From an uncultured Candidatus Saccharibacteria bacterium (lineage in GTDB: Bacteria; Patescibacteriota; Minisyncoccia; UBA6257; WO2-44-18): DNA of 64,000 bases. The stretch is from positions 1,586 through 65,585 of the forward strand of contig CAZWVU010000003.1 of NCBI GenBank assembly GCA_964637575.1, in the 5' to 3' direction. The notes beneath the pieces are model-generated. The model ran no database searches and was not told where the DNA came from. It saw only the letters and a list, made by a program, of their open reading frames with translations. This document shows positions 1 through 9,029 of the stretch, piece after piece; positions within the stretch are counted from its first letter, which is position 1, and each line of letters opens with the position of its first letter. Both the position numbers and the translations under genes were made by a program.

Positions 1-7
1 AGAAGAG

Positions 8-538
8 ATGCGTCGCGACGCGTCTCTTCAGCTGGGCACGAATCTGGTATTCGGCGAGGGCAATATCAACTGTGACGTGATGTTTATCGGCGAGGCGCCG
101 GGCGAGCAGGAAGATATCCAAAAAAGACCCTTTGTCGGCCGCGGCGGGCAATTGCTGAATAAAATGCTGGAGAAGATCGGCTGGAAGCGGGAAGACGTGT
201 ATATCACCAACATCGTAAAACGCCGGCCGCCGAATAACCGCGATCCTCTGCCGGAGGAGATTGCCGCCTACAAGCCCTATCTCGCGCGCCAGATCGAGAT
301 CATCAATCCAAAGATTGTCGCGACGCTCGGCCGGTTCTCCATGAATTATTTCAACGAGCAGTTAAAAATCAGCCGCGATCACGGCAAGGTCTTCCGCATG
401 GATAGGCGTCTGCTGGTGCCTTTATTCCACCCTGCGGCGATTCTCCGCAATATGGGAATGATCGGAGACTACGAGAAGGATTTCAAAAAACTTCCCAAAG
501 TAGTGGCGAAGTTTGATGAGCTGATAAAGAAAGCTTGA
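8..538 (+). CDS. Uracil-DNA glycosylase, family 4 (5' end may lie upstream of window)
   Basis: GEAPGEQED motif and overall UDG family 4 pattern in the 176 aa ORF; the ORF begins at the window edge. Confidence 0.8.
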   Translation: MRRDASLQLGTNLVFGEGNINCDVMFIGEAPGEQEDIQKRPFVGRGGQLLNKMLEKIGWKREDVYITNIVKRRPPNNRDPLPEEIAAYKPYLARQIEIINPKIVATLGRFSMNYFNEQLKISRDHGKVFRMDRRLLVPLFHPAAILRNMGMIGDYEKDFKKLPKVVAKFDELIKKA

Positions 539-641
539 CTTTTTAAATAAATTCAGTACAATATTCAACATATTAAGCATTGCGCTTAATTGCGGGTCGC
601 GAGCTCTCGCGGCATAGCACTTTTCCAAACGGAGGTGTGCG

Positions 642-1313
642 ATGGAAAAACCCATCGTGAGCCCCAAGCAGATGCCCGTGCACAAGGTGCTCGGGCGGGT
701 CGCCGAGTGGTACCGGATGATGTCGGAAGCCGGCCTGGCCTTTGACGATCTCCAGCGCGCCATTGACGATCCGGATTTCCGGAGCCGTCTGGTGGAGTTC
801 TGGAAAAAGGACGGGAAAAAAGTGGTTTCCAGCGCCAAGTTTCCAATCTGGCGTACCCTAAAACTCGGCACCGGCCACCAGACCGCCGACGACTTCCGGA
901 AAGTTATCAAGAAGGCCAACTGCAAGATCTCCGACTGGGCCAACGACATCCTCGGCAAACCGGATTTCACCGCATCCACCGAAGAGCAGGAAGTGGAGCT
1001 GGTCGTGGCTTCGGTCGCCGAGCTGGGCTTCCCCAACGGTGCCACCCGCGAAAAGATCTACGCCAAAGCCAAGGAGCTTGGCCTGGATCTCTGTCCGGCA
1101 GAAGTTGGTCCCCAGCTCCGCCTCCAGTACAAGGATCAGCCGATGAACGAATGGCTCCTTATTGGAATGGAGCCCATCACTGACTCGGTCGGCAGTCTCG
1201 AGGTGTTCTACGTTGAGCGCGATGGCGGCGGCCGGTGGCTCAGCAGCTACTGTGACGGCGCCGACGGCGTCTGGCACGGCGCCTACCGCTGGGTGTTTGT
1301 CCGTCGCAAGTAG
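642..1313 (+). CDS. DGR target (variable) protein, 223 aa, no signal peptide
   Basis: The last ~130 nt (VR) are a near-repeat of the downstream TR, with substitutions confined to TR adenine positions. The C-terminus reads ...RWVFVRRK. Confidence 0.8.
   Translation: MEKPIVSPKQMPVHKVLGRVAEWYRMMSEAGLAFDDLQRAIDDPDFRSRLVEFWKKDGKKVVSSAKFPIWRTLKLGTGHQTADDFRKVIKKANCKISDWANDILGKPDFTASTEEQEVELVVASVAELGFPNGATREKIYAKAKELGLDLCPAEVGPQLRLQYKDQPMNEWLLIGMEPITDSVGSLEVFYVERDGGGRWLSSYCDGADGVWHGAYRWVFVRRK
1180..1310 (+). repeat. DGR variable repeat (VR) at 3' end of target gene
   Basis: Aligns base-for-base with 1563-1692. About 21 mismatches, every one at a position that is A in the TR (e.g. gac gac gac -> ggc ggc ggc; aac -> tac/agc/cac). 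The conserved GC-rich 3' end ctgggtgtttgtcc matches an IMH-like region. Confidence 0.85.
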
Positions 1314-1350
1314 CTTCGGACATCTGGAACCCTGGCTCCTGGTTACCCAT

Positions 1351-1389
1351 CCCCCGTGAAGCATTGCTTCACGGGGGATTTCTTTTTTG
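1351..1389 (+). terminator. GC hairpin plus T-run about 40 nt downstream of VR
   Basis: cccccgtgaagcattgcttcacggggg followed by atttctttttt. Reads as a Rho-independent terminator of the target gene. In a DGR context it may also be the stem-loop that aids retrohoming. Confidence 0.6.
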
Positions 1390-1562
1390 TTAGATTATTT
1401 TTGGAGTGGGTTGGTATTTGTTCACGGCTACGGCTTTGAGCGGCCGATTCCAAAATAAAAATGAAGCTATTTGGTGTAGGGCGCTAGGGCATTTTAGATG
1501 CCGAACGCGATACAGCTCCAAGAGCATTCAAGGAGCGGTGGCTTGGAGGGCGCCCTATACGC

Positions 1563-1692
1563 AACTGACTCGGACGGCAATCTCAAGGTGTTCAACGTTG
1601 AACGCAATGACGACGACCGGTGGCTCAACAGCAACTATGACAACGCCGACAACGTCTGGAACGGCGACAACCGCTGGGTGTTTGTCCGACGC
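1563..1692 (+). repeat. DGR template repeat (TR)
   Basis: Non-coding copy of the VR. The ORF-track 'ORF' 1498..1797 is merely its translation. It is Asn/AAC-rich where the VR is variable. A hairpin ctctcccgattatctcgggagag plus T-run follows at 1706-1740. Confidence 0.85.
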
Positions 1693-1714
1693 AACTTGCT
1701 TCATTCTCTCCCGA

Positions 1715-1975
1715 TTATCTCGGGAGAGTTTGTTTTTCAGCCGCTTTTATCCAACTGCCGAGCATTTTGCCAACCTCAACCAGGTTTTTGGATATAAGAA
1801 TATATTTTTTTTCATCCAGCGCCTTTAAATCCCAGGAAAACTGCAAGAAAAACTTTAAAATGTCCAATTTGCCGCTGGTTTTATTGAGAATAGGAAGTTT
1901 GTGTTCTTTATTCAGCTTGCTTGCCACAAAAAGTAATTCCAGAATCTCTATCAGCAAAGAATCTATTTTTATCAC
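1715..1975 (-). CDS. avd: Accessory variability determinant (Avd)-like four-helix-bundle protein
   Basis: The C-terminal LVEVGKMLGSWIKAAEK matches the conserved Avd / TIGR02436-type C-terminal helix. Similarity continues in-frame upstream to ~2080 (…IAIYKLWDNFKNHFPKRFKSL…) with no canonical ATG/GTG/TTG start, so the true start is uncertain. Length would be ~118 aa if extended. Confidence 0.55.
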   Translation of the reverse strand: MIKIDSLLIEILELLFVASKLNKEHKLPILNKTSGKLDILKFFLQFSWDLKALDEKKYILISKNLVEVGKMLGSWIKAAEKQTLPR

Positions 1976-2096
1976 CAGTGATTTGAATCGCTTCGGAAAG
2001 TGGTTTTTAAAATTATCCCAAAGTTTATATATCGCGATAAACTTATTGATAATAATTAAATTTCCCGAGAGAGAGAGAGTTCAAGGATTCTTCATT

Positions 2097-3155
2097 ATGA
2101 AAATTCAATTGCGACATAAGTTGGAAGATATAATTTCCGTGGAAAATCTTTTGATTGCCTGGAAGGAATTCCTGAAAGGGAAGCGAAGCAAGCCCGACGT
2201 CCAGGAATTCGGCCTGAATTTATTTGATAACATTCTACTTCTCCACCAAGAATTAGCCAATGGCAGCTATGTCCACGGCCAATATTATCGTTTCACTATC
2301 TCCGACCCGAAGCCGCGGATCATCCACAAAGCTGAAGTCCGCGACCGCCTCCTCCATCACGCCATCCACCGGGTCCTCTATCCGTTTTTTGAAAAGACAT
2401 TTATCGCCGATTCCTTTTCCTGCCGCGTGGAGAAAGGCACGCACCGCGCCATGAAACGGTTCCGCTCGTTCGCCTATCAGGTAAGCAAGAATCATACCCG
2501 GACCTGTTGGGTGCTGAAGTGCGATATCAAAAAGTTCTTTGACAGTATTGACCATTCCGTTCTGTTGGGGATTCTGGAATCATATATCCCCGACCGGCGC
2601 ACTATTGCGCTTCTCAAGAATATTATCAGCAGTTTTTCCGTGGCGCCCGGCAAGGGCCTGCCGCTCGGCAATCTCACCTCCCAGCTCTTCGCCAATGTCT
2701 ATATGAATCAATTTGATCAGTTTATGAAACACACGCTCAAAGCCCGGCATTATATCCGCTATGCCGACGACTTTGCAGTGCTTTCTCGCGAGAAAGCACT
2801 GCTGGAAGAACTTATTCCCGAGATCGGTGATTTTCTGGATAAGCGACTCAAGCTTATGCTCCACCCCGACAAAGTGTTTATCAAAACCTTCGCCTCCGGC
2901 GTGGATTTTCTCGGCTGGGTTCATTTTCCTGACCATCGGCTACTGCGGACGACTACTAAGAGGAGAATGCTGAAACGCCTTGCCGAGAATCCAAGCAATG
3001 AGGCCAGGCAGTCGTATCTTGGATTATTGAAGCATGGGAATACTATCAAGATACGAAAAAGCGAACCCCTCCTTCCCGCAGACAGGATTGTGGCCCGACG
3101 TCCTGGCGAGGAGAAGGAGGGGTTCGTTGAGATTGCCGCGCTTCGCTCGCAATGA
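2097..3155 (+). CDS. DGR-type reverse transcriptase
   Basis: RT motifs are present: PKPRIIHKA, SCRVEKGTHRA, GLPLGNLTSQLFANVYMNQFD (the DGR-specific Q..F.N.Y in motif 4), and YADDF. AAGGA RBS lies 9 nt before ATG 2097. The annotated ORF start at 1767 is a low-complexity upstream extension. Confidence 0.9.
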   Translation: MKIQLRHKLEDIISVENLLIAWKEFLKGKRSKPDVQEFGLNLFDNILLLHQELANGSYVHGQYYRFTISDPKPRIIHKAEVRDRLLHHAIHRVLYPFFEKTFIADSFSCRVEKGTHRAMKRFRSFAYQVSKNHTRTCWVLKCDIKKFFDSIDHSVLLGILESYIPDRRTIALLKNIISSFSVAPGKGLPLGNLTSQLFANVYMNQFDQFMKHTLKARHYIRYADDFAVLSREKALLEELIPEIGDFLDKRLKLMLHPDKVFIKTFASGVDFLGWVHFPDHRLLRTTTKRRMLKRLAENPSNEARQSYLGLLKHGNTIKIRKSEPLLPADRIVARRPGEEKEGFVEIAALRSQ

Positions 3156-3177
3156 CGACAAGAGTATAATAGAGGTA

Positions 3178-3525
3178 ATGTCATTTTCCGTAGTCTATCT
3201 CTTGCAGCGGTTTTTCTATCGTATCTATGAAGCCATCCGGCACTGGTACAGGGACGGATTTTTGTGGTTTGTCCACCATACGCTGAATGTGCTGGAAGGA
3301 CTGGATCGGACATTCGCCCTCCGGATTACGTTCCGCTACTGGCTGAAACCGCTCTACCAGGATTACACGGTCATCGGCTACATTCTGGGATTTATTTTCC
3401 GGACGTTTCGTTTGGTGATCGGGGGATTTGTCTACCTGGTAATCATACTCGCAGCGCTCCTGCTCTACCTCGTGTGGGCGGCAATCCCGATTTACATTGT
3501 ATATAAAGGATTCAATGGCCAATAG
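3178..3525 (+). CDS. Small hydrophobic membrane protein (hypothetical)
   Basis: 115 aa ORF with 2-3 predicted TM segments; TATAAT-like box sits just upstream. No homology recognised. Confidence 0.4.
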   Translation: MSFSVVYLLQRFFYRIYEAIRHWYRDGFLWFVHHTLNVLEGLDRTFALRITFRYWLKPLYQDYTVIGYILGFIFRTFRLVIGGFVYLVIILAALLLYLVWAAIPIYIVYKGFNGQ

Positions 3526-5965
3526 AGAAATATATTTCAACGATCCGCGGCTGAAAATGACCATCGCCGGCCGGCTGATTGTCCGGCTCGGCGCGTATGC
3601 CGGTTACGCCCTGCTGGTCGTGGGCGCCGCCATGTTTCTTGCCGGCGACGTCCGGCTTCTCCGGGCGTTCGGTCTGCTCCTTATGCTTTTTCTTGCCGAC
3701 CGCGCCGCGCATGCCCGGAAATCGGAAAAAAATATCCTCCGGCTCCCCGAGGGGAAGATCAACGCGGCATCATATTGCGCTCCGGCAAGTTTCGGGGTGC
3801 TGGAGTGGGCGTTTGACCGGGCGCTCTTTTCCGGGAAAAACTTTTACCTGTTTCTGGCGCAACGTTTGCTGAACCGCCACGACGTCCAGGCGGGGCTTGT
3901 CCGCATGGACGTGAAGCCGGGCGACATGAAGAACCGGATCGAGGCGGCGCTCCGGGAATCTTCCGCCGCGAGCACCTCCAAAAATCAGCTCTTGTATAAA
4001 GTGGGCGTGGTAACTGCCCAGGCAATCGGGACGGCGTACCGGCTTCACGATCCGCAGATCGACCCGAAAGATCTTTTTGCGGCACTGGCGCTGGTGGAGG
4101 ACGAGGATTGCAGGCGCCTCTTCGGATCTTTCAACATCGCTCCGGGCGATCTTCAGAATGCGATGGTATTCAGCGCCGGTCCGGGGCGGAACCTCACCGG
4201 ATTTTTGAGCCGGCCCCATAAAACCCGCCACCGGATTATGAACCGGGCCTGGACTGCCCGCCCGACGCCATATCTTGATCAGGTTTCCTCCGATCTTACT
4301 GATCTGGCGCGGCTTGGGCAGATCGGAATGCTCATCGGACACGAGCAGGAATATGACCGCCTCCTGGACGTGCTTTCCCGTCCCGGCCGGCCGAACGCGC
4401 TCCTTGTGGGCGACGCCGGCTCGGGTAAATCGAGCGTGGTGGAGCATCTGGCGTTTGAAATCAGCAAAGACCGGGTCCCGCCGCAGCTGTTTGACCGCCG
4501 TCTGGTGAAGCTGGATATCGGCAGTCTGGTCGCGGGAGCCGGAGAAAGTGAAATGCAGGCGCGGACAAAAAAGATTCTGGAAGAAATTGTCCGGGCCGGA
4601 AATATCATTCTCTATATTCCCGACATCCATAATTTAATGAAAACGGCCGGCGGGCGGGGAGTCTCCGCCGCGGATATGCTGGTGCCCGCGATCAAATCCG
4701 GCGCCTTTTCGGTAATCGGCGGCACGTATTCCCAGGAATACAAGCAGTATATTGAAACGAACAGCGATTTTGCCGGTGGATTTGAAACGATCCGCGTGCA
4801 GGAGGTCAGCGAAGACGAAGCGGCGCAGTATCTGGTGTATGAAAGCCTGCTCCTCGAGCGGCAGTATCGCATCATCATCAGTTTTGCCGCGGTAAAGGAG
4901 GCGGTGGTTCTTGCCAAGCAGTATTTTCACGGGAAACTGCTCCCGGCGAGCGCCGAGGACCTCCTAAAAGAAGCCCTTGCCGACGCGGCGGGCAAACGGC
5001 GGAAAGTGCTTGGCGCGGACGACGTGATCGCGGTCGCGGAAAAGAAAATCAACGTGCCGATCCACAAGGCCGGAAAAGAGGAGGCGGAAACCCTTCTCAA
5101 TCTTGAAGAGGTGATCCATGCGCGGCTGATTGACCAGGAAGAGGCGGTGCGCGCGGTGTCCCGGGCGCTCCGCGAGTACCGGAGCGGCCTTGCCAGAAAA
5201 GGCGGGCCGATCGCCAGTTTTCTTTTTGTCGGCCCCACCGGAGTCGGGAAAACAGAACTTTCCAAAATTCTTGCCGGGATCCAGTTCGGATCGGCGGAGA
5301 TGATGGCGCGGTTCGATATGTCGGAATACCAGGACAAAGGCACGGTAAACCGGCTGCTGGAAAATGTTACCGACGCCATCCGCCAGCGGCCGTACAGCCT
5401 CGTTCTTCTCGATGAATTTGAAAAAGCTCATCCCGACATCCTGAATCTGTTTTTGCAGGTGCTCGACGATGGGCGGCTCACCGACGCCGCCGGGCGCACA
5501 GTGGATTTCCAAAACACCATTGTCATCGCGACCAGCAATGCCAACTCCGATTTTATCAAGGCGGAGCTTGAGAAGGGTGCCGATGTCAGGACGCTGTCGG
5601 AGGCGGTGAAGAAAAAACTCACCGGGTTTTTCAAGCCGGAGCTGTTGAACCGGTTTTCGGGCATCATTGTCTTCAAGCCCCTTTCTTCCGCCGCTATTGA
5701 GCGGATTGCCGGCATCCAGCTTTCGGAAGTGGCGGAAACCCTTCGACAATCCCAGGGGATAGAATTACAATTTGATGATGAGGTAGTGCGGGAGATTGCC
5801 AGGCGGGGGTTTGACCCGGTGTTCGGCGCCCGCCCGCTCCGGGGCGTCATCTCCGAGCAGGTGCGCGGGGTGCTGGCCGAAAAGATTCTCCGCGGGGAAG
5901 TCGCCCGCGGCAGCCGGATTAAAGCAGTAATGAGCAACGGCGCCCTCCAATTCAAAAATGTTTAA
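3515..5965 (+). CDS. Clp/Hsp100-family double AAA+ ATPase (ClpC/ClpB-like) with N-terminal transmembrane segment
   Basis: Two Walker A motifs (GDAGSGKSS; GPTGVGKTE) and LLDEFEKAH. A Clp_N-like repeat follows two N-terminal hydrophobic helices. AAAGGA RBS precedes ATG 3515. Confidence 0.85.
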   Translation: MANREIYFNDPRLKMTIAGRLIVRLGAYAGYALLVVGAAMFLAGDVRLLRAFGLLLMLFLADRAAHARKSEKNILRLPEGKINAASYCAPASFGVLEWAFDRALFSGKNFYLFLAQRLLNRHDVQAGLVRMDVKPGDMKNRIEAALRESSAASTSKNQLLYKVGVVTAQAIGTAYRLHDPQIDPKDLFAALALVEDEDCRRLFGSFNIAPGDLQNAMVFSAGPGRNLTGFLSRPHKTRHRIMNRAWTARPTPYLDQVSSDLTDLARLGQIGMLIGHEQEYDRLLDVLSRPGRPNALLVGDAGSGKSSVVEHLAFEISKDRVPPQLFDRRLVKLDIGSLVAGAGESEMQARTKKILEEIVRAGNIILYIPDIHNLMKTAGGRGVSAADMLVPAIKSGAFSVIGGTYSQEYKQYIETNSDFAGGFETIRVQEVSEDEAAQYLVYESLLLERQYRIIISFAAVKEAVVLAKQYFHGKLLPASAEDLLKEALADAAGKRRKVLGADDVIAVAEKKINVPIHKAGKEEAETLLNLEEVIHARLIDQEEAVRAVSRALREYRSGLARKGGPIASFLFVGPTGVGKTELSKILAGIQFGSAEMMARFDMSEYQDKGTVNRLLENVTDAIRQRPYSLVLLDEFEKAHPDILNLFLQVLDDGRLTDAAGRTVDFQNTIVIATSNANSDFIKAELEKGADVRTLSEAVKKKLTGFFKPELLNRFSGIIVFKPLSSAAIERIAGIQLSEVAETLRQSQGIELQFDDEVVREIARRGFDPVFGARPLRGVISEQVRGVLAEKILRGEVARGSRIKAVMSNGALQFKNV

Positions 5966-6590
5966 CAATATCAATAAAATCATCAAGACAATCGTCGTCG
6001 TCGATTTTTTCTATAACTCGGCGTTCGCGTCCTTCGCGCCGGTGTTCGCGCTGTTCATCACCAGCCACATCCATAACGGCACTGCGGCGGTGGCCGGCTT
6101 CGCGGTTTCGGTCTACTGGATTACGAAATCGATTTTCCAGCTTCCGATCGCCCGCTTCCTCGACCGGACGGACGGCGAGCGCGACGATTACTGGGCAATG
6201 ATGGGCGGATATTTTTTCAGCGGACTCATCCCGTTCGCCTATCTCTTCGTGTCCGAGCCGTGGCATCTGTATCTCGTGAACGGCATCTACGGGTTTATCA
6301 TGGCCTGGACCGTGCCCGCCTGGTACTCCATTTTTACTCGCCACGTGGATAAATGGCGGATCAGTTTCGAGTGGAGCCTGGAAAGCGTGTTCGCCGTCGG
6401 CATTGCCACCGCCGGGGCTTCGGCGCTCGGGGGCTGGCTGGTGGATCAGTTCGGGTTTCGCGTGCTCTTCATCGGTGCCGGAATTATCGGATCGTCCTGC
6501 GCGCTCCTGTTTCTTACCCTGCGGAAGCATCTGTTCCAGCGCGAAAGCGATTCCCGCGCCATTCCGGAGCGGCCGCATCAGCAGAAGTAG
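5958..6590 (+). CDS. MFS-type transporter, N-terminal 6-TM half only
   Basis: Six TM helices and a motif-A-like loop (ARFLDRTDGERDD). The gene ends 4 nt before polX, so no C-terminal half is encoded. Confidence 0.55.
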   Translation: MFNNINKIIKTIVVVDFFYNSAFASFAPVFALFITSHIHNGTAAVAGFAVSVYWITKSIFQLPIARFLDRTDGERDDYWAMMGGYFFSGLIPFAYLFVSEPWHLYLVNGIYGFIMAWTVPAWYSIFTRHVDKWRISFEWSLESVFAVGIATAGASALGGWLVDQFGFRVLFIGAGIIGSSCALLFLTLRKHLFQRESDSRAIPERPHQQK

Positions 6591-6593
6591 TCC

Positions 6594-8345
6594 ATGAAAA
6601 AAGTTTTGAATAACCAGGAAATAGCCCGGATACTTTATGAGATCGGGGAATATTTGGACATGCAGAAGGTTCCCTTCAAGCCGCGGGCGTATGAAAAGGC
6701 TGCGGAAAGCGTGGAGTCGCTGGGAGAAGCGCTGACCGAACTTTATGCGCGCGGCGGCATAAAAGCTGTACATGGAATACCCCACGTGGGCGCCTCCATC
6801 GCGGAAAAAATCGAGGAATTGCTGAAGAGCGGCCGTCTGAAATACTATGAGGATTTAAAAAAACGCGCCCCGGTGGATCTCTCCTCCCTCACGCAGATTC
6901 AGGGGCTGGGACCGCAGAAAATCAGGGTCTTATATGAGAAGCTGAAGGTCCGGAGCGTCGAAGATCTTGAGCGGGCGATTGCTTCGGGAAAGGTGGCCGC
7001 GCTTCCGGGGTTTGGATCAAAAAGCGCTGAAAATATTTCAAAAGGTATCGAGTTCCTGAAGCATTCCCATGGGCGCTTTCTTCTGGGTTCTGTGCTGCCG
7101 GGAGTTTTCGCCGTGCGTGACCGCCTCAAAAAATTGCGGGAGGTGAAAAAGATTGAAATCGCGGGGTCGGTGCGCCGCTGGAGAGAGACGATCGGCGATG
7201 CGGATCTGGTGGTAGTTTCCGACAACCCGAAACCGGTGATGGACTATTTCACGTCGATGCCGGGGATCGCGATGGTGATCGGGCACGGCGATACGAAGTC
7301 CTCCATTAAATTAAGGAATGGACTTCAGATGGATCTCCGGGTAGTTCCGGAAGAGTCTTACGGCGCGGCGCTCGCGTATTTTACCGGCTCCAAAGAACAC
7401 AATATCGAATTGCGGCAGATCGCCATTGAAAAAGGATTCACGCTGAATGAATACGGGTTGTACCGCGGCGCTGCGGCGCGGAAAGGAAAACTCATCGCCG
7501 GCCGCACGGAAGAAGAATTATACCGGGCTCTCGGGCTCGAATATATCCCTCCGGAAATCAGGGAGATGCACGGGGAGATCGAAGCCGCCCGGAAGCACGC
7601 GCTCCCCGATCTCGTCGGCTATGGCGATCTCAAAGGGGATCTGCAGGTGCAGACGGGTTGGACCGACGGCGACCATTCGATTGAGACCATGGCGCTTGCC
7701 GCGAAAGAATACGGATTCCAATACATTGCTATTACCGATCACACCCAGCGTCTCGCGATGACCGGCGGTCTAAACGAGAAGAAGATCCTGAAACAGATTG
7801 CGGAAATCGACCGTCTTAATCGCCAATTTAAAAATAAAAATTTACAATTTAAGATTCTGAAAGGCACCGAGTGCGATATTCTGGAGGATGGCAGTCTGGA
7901 TCTGCCGGACCGGGTGCTTGCAAAGCTTGATGTGGTCGGCGCATCAGTGCACTCGCTGTTCAATCTTTCCAAAGACAAACAGATGGCGCGGATTAAAAAA
8001 GCCATGCGTAATAAGCATGTCGATATCTTTTTCCATCCCACCGGCCGGTTGATTCACCGGCGGGAGCCGTATGCGGTGGATATCGATGGAATTATCAAAA
8101 CCGCCAAAGAAACGGGTACGGTGCTTGAGATCGACGGATCGCCGGACAGGCTTGATCTGAAAGACGATTATATTAGAAAGTGCGTGGAGGCGGGCGTGAA
8201 GATGTCGGTGGATTCCGACGCCCACGGCAAGGAACAATACCGGTTCACCCAGTATGGGATCGCCCAGGCGAGGAGAGGGTGGGCGACCAAAAAAGACATC
8301 ATCAATTGCTGGCCGGCCGACACTATGCTAAACATGCTTAAATAA
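6594..8345 (+). CDS. polX: DNA polymerase X family protein with C-terminal PHP phosphoesterase domain
   Basis: Pol beta-like HhH and palm motifs at the N-terminus; PHP His/Asp motifs (ITDHTQ…, DSDAHG) at the C-terminus. Confidence 0.85.
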   Translation: MKKVLNNQEIARILYEIGEYLDMQKVPFKPRAYEKAAESVESLGEALTELYARGGIKAVHGIPHVGASIAEKIEELLKSGRLKYYEDLKKRAPVDLSSLTQIQGLGPQKIRVLYEKLKVRSVEDLERAIASGKVAALPGFGSKSAENISKGIEFLKHSHGRFLLGSVLPGVFAVRDRLKKLREVKKIEIAGSVRRWRETIGDADLVVVSDNPKPVMDYFTSMPGIAMVIGHGDTKSSIKLRNGLQMDLRVVPEESYGAALAYFTGSKEHNIELRQIAIEKGFTLNEYGLYRGAAARKGKLIAGRTEEELYRALGLEYIPPEIREMHGEIEAARKHALPDLVGYGDLKGDLQVQTGWTDGDHSIETMALAAKEYGFQYIAITDHTQRLAMTGGLNEKKILKQIAEIDRLNRQFKNKNLQFKILKGTECDILEDGSLDLPDRVLAKLDVVGASVHSLFNLSKDKQMARIKKAMRNKHVDIFFHPTGRLIHRREPYAVDIDGIIKTAKETGTVLEIDGSPDRLDLKDDYIRKCVEAGVKMSVDSDAHGKEQYRFTQYGIAQARRGWATKKDIINCWPADTMLNMLK

Positions 8346-8963
8346 ATGGCGCCTACCACAGGAATTTTAGGATTAGTGAATCATTACGGCTACCTGGCCA
8401 TTTTTCTACTCGTATTCTTACAGGAGATCGGCATCCCGAATATTGTGCCCAATGAACTCATTCTCCTTTTCGCGGGCGCTCTCACGGTGATCGGCGGATT
8501 AAGCTTCTGGCTGACATTTTTGACCGCGGTATCGGCTGACGTGATCGGCACCACCATCCTTTTTTCCGTGTTCTACTTTTTCGAGCGCTATATCATGGAA
8601 AAAATTTCCAAATGGAAAGGCATGAACGAAAAACTGGACCGGCTTAAAGAAACGATTCTCCGCCGCGGCGGGTGGGGAATTTTCCTTGGCCGGATGATGC
8701 CGTACCTTCGGGGATATGTTTCGATCGCGGCCGGCATCCTGAATATTCCTTACAGAAAATTTCTGCCCATGGTGATCATTCCGGCGATACTCTGGACCGG
8801 CGGCTATGTGACGCTCGGGCATTTCCTCGGCAAAAAATGGGAGGTGGTAGCGGGTTTCATTCATCAATACGAATGGATCCTTCTCGTGGCGGTAGTTATC
8901 ATTATCATTAATGTCTGGTATTGGAAAAACCGGAAGAAGCGGATTGATCAGCTGCAAAGATAA
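8346..8963 (+). CDS. DedA/TVP38-family membrane protein
   Basis: LQEIGIPNIVPNE plus multiple TM segments are typical of DedA. Confidence 0.75.
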   Translation: MAPTTGILGLVNHYGYLAIFLLVFLQEIGIPNIVPNELILLFAGALTVIGGLSFWLTFLTAVSADVIGTTILFSVFYFFERYIMEKISKWKGMNEKLDRLKETILRRGGWGIFLGRMMPYLRGYVSIAAGILNIPYRKFLPMVIIPAILWTGGYVTLGHFLGKKWEVVAGFIHQYEWILLVAVVIIIINVWYWKNRKKRIDQLQR

Positions 8964-9029
8964 AGTTTTTCTAAAATCTGTGCTATACTCGATAATAGTT
9001 CTGTGACAAACAGCGTGATAGGAGACCGT

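Noticed and set aside
1498-1797. 99 aa ORF covering the TR region
   Set aside because: It is the translation of the DGR template repeat, a non-coding copy of the VR. The Asn-rich sequence simply reflects the AAC-rich TR.
1767-2096. N-terminal 110 aa extension of the RT ORF
   Set aside because: Low-complexity, AT-rich and without RT homology. A good RBS precedes ATG 2097, and the region is better explained by the antisense Avd-like gene.
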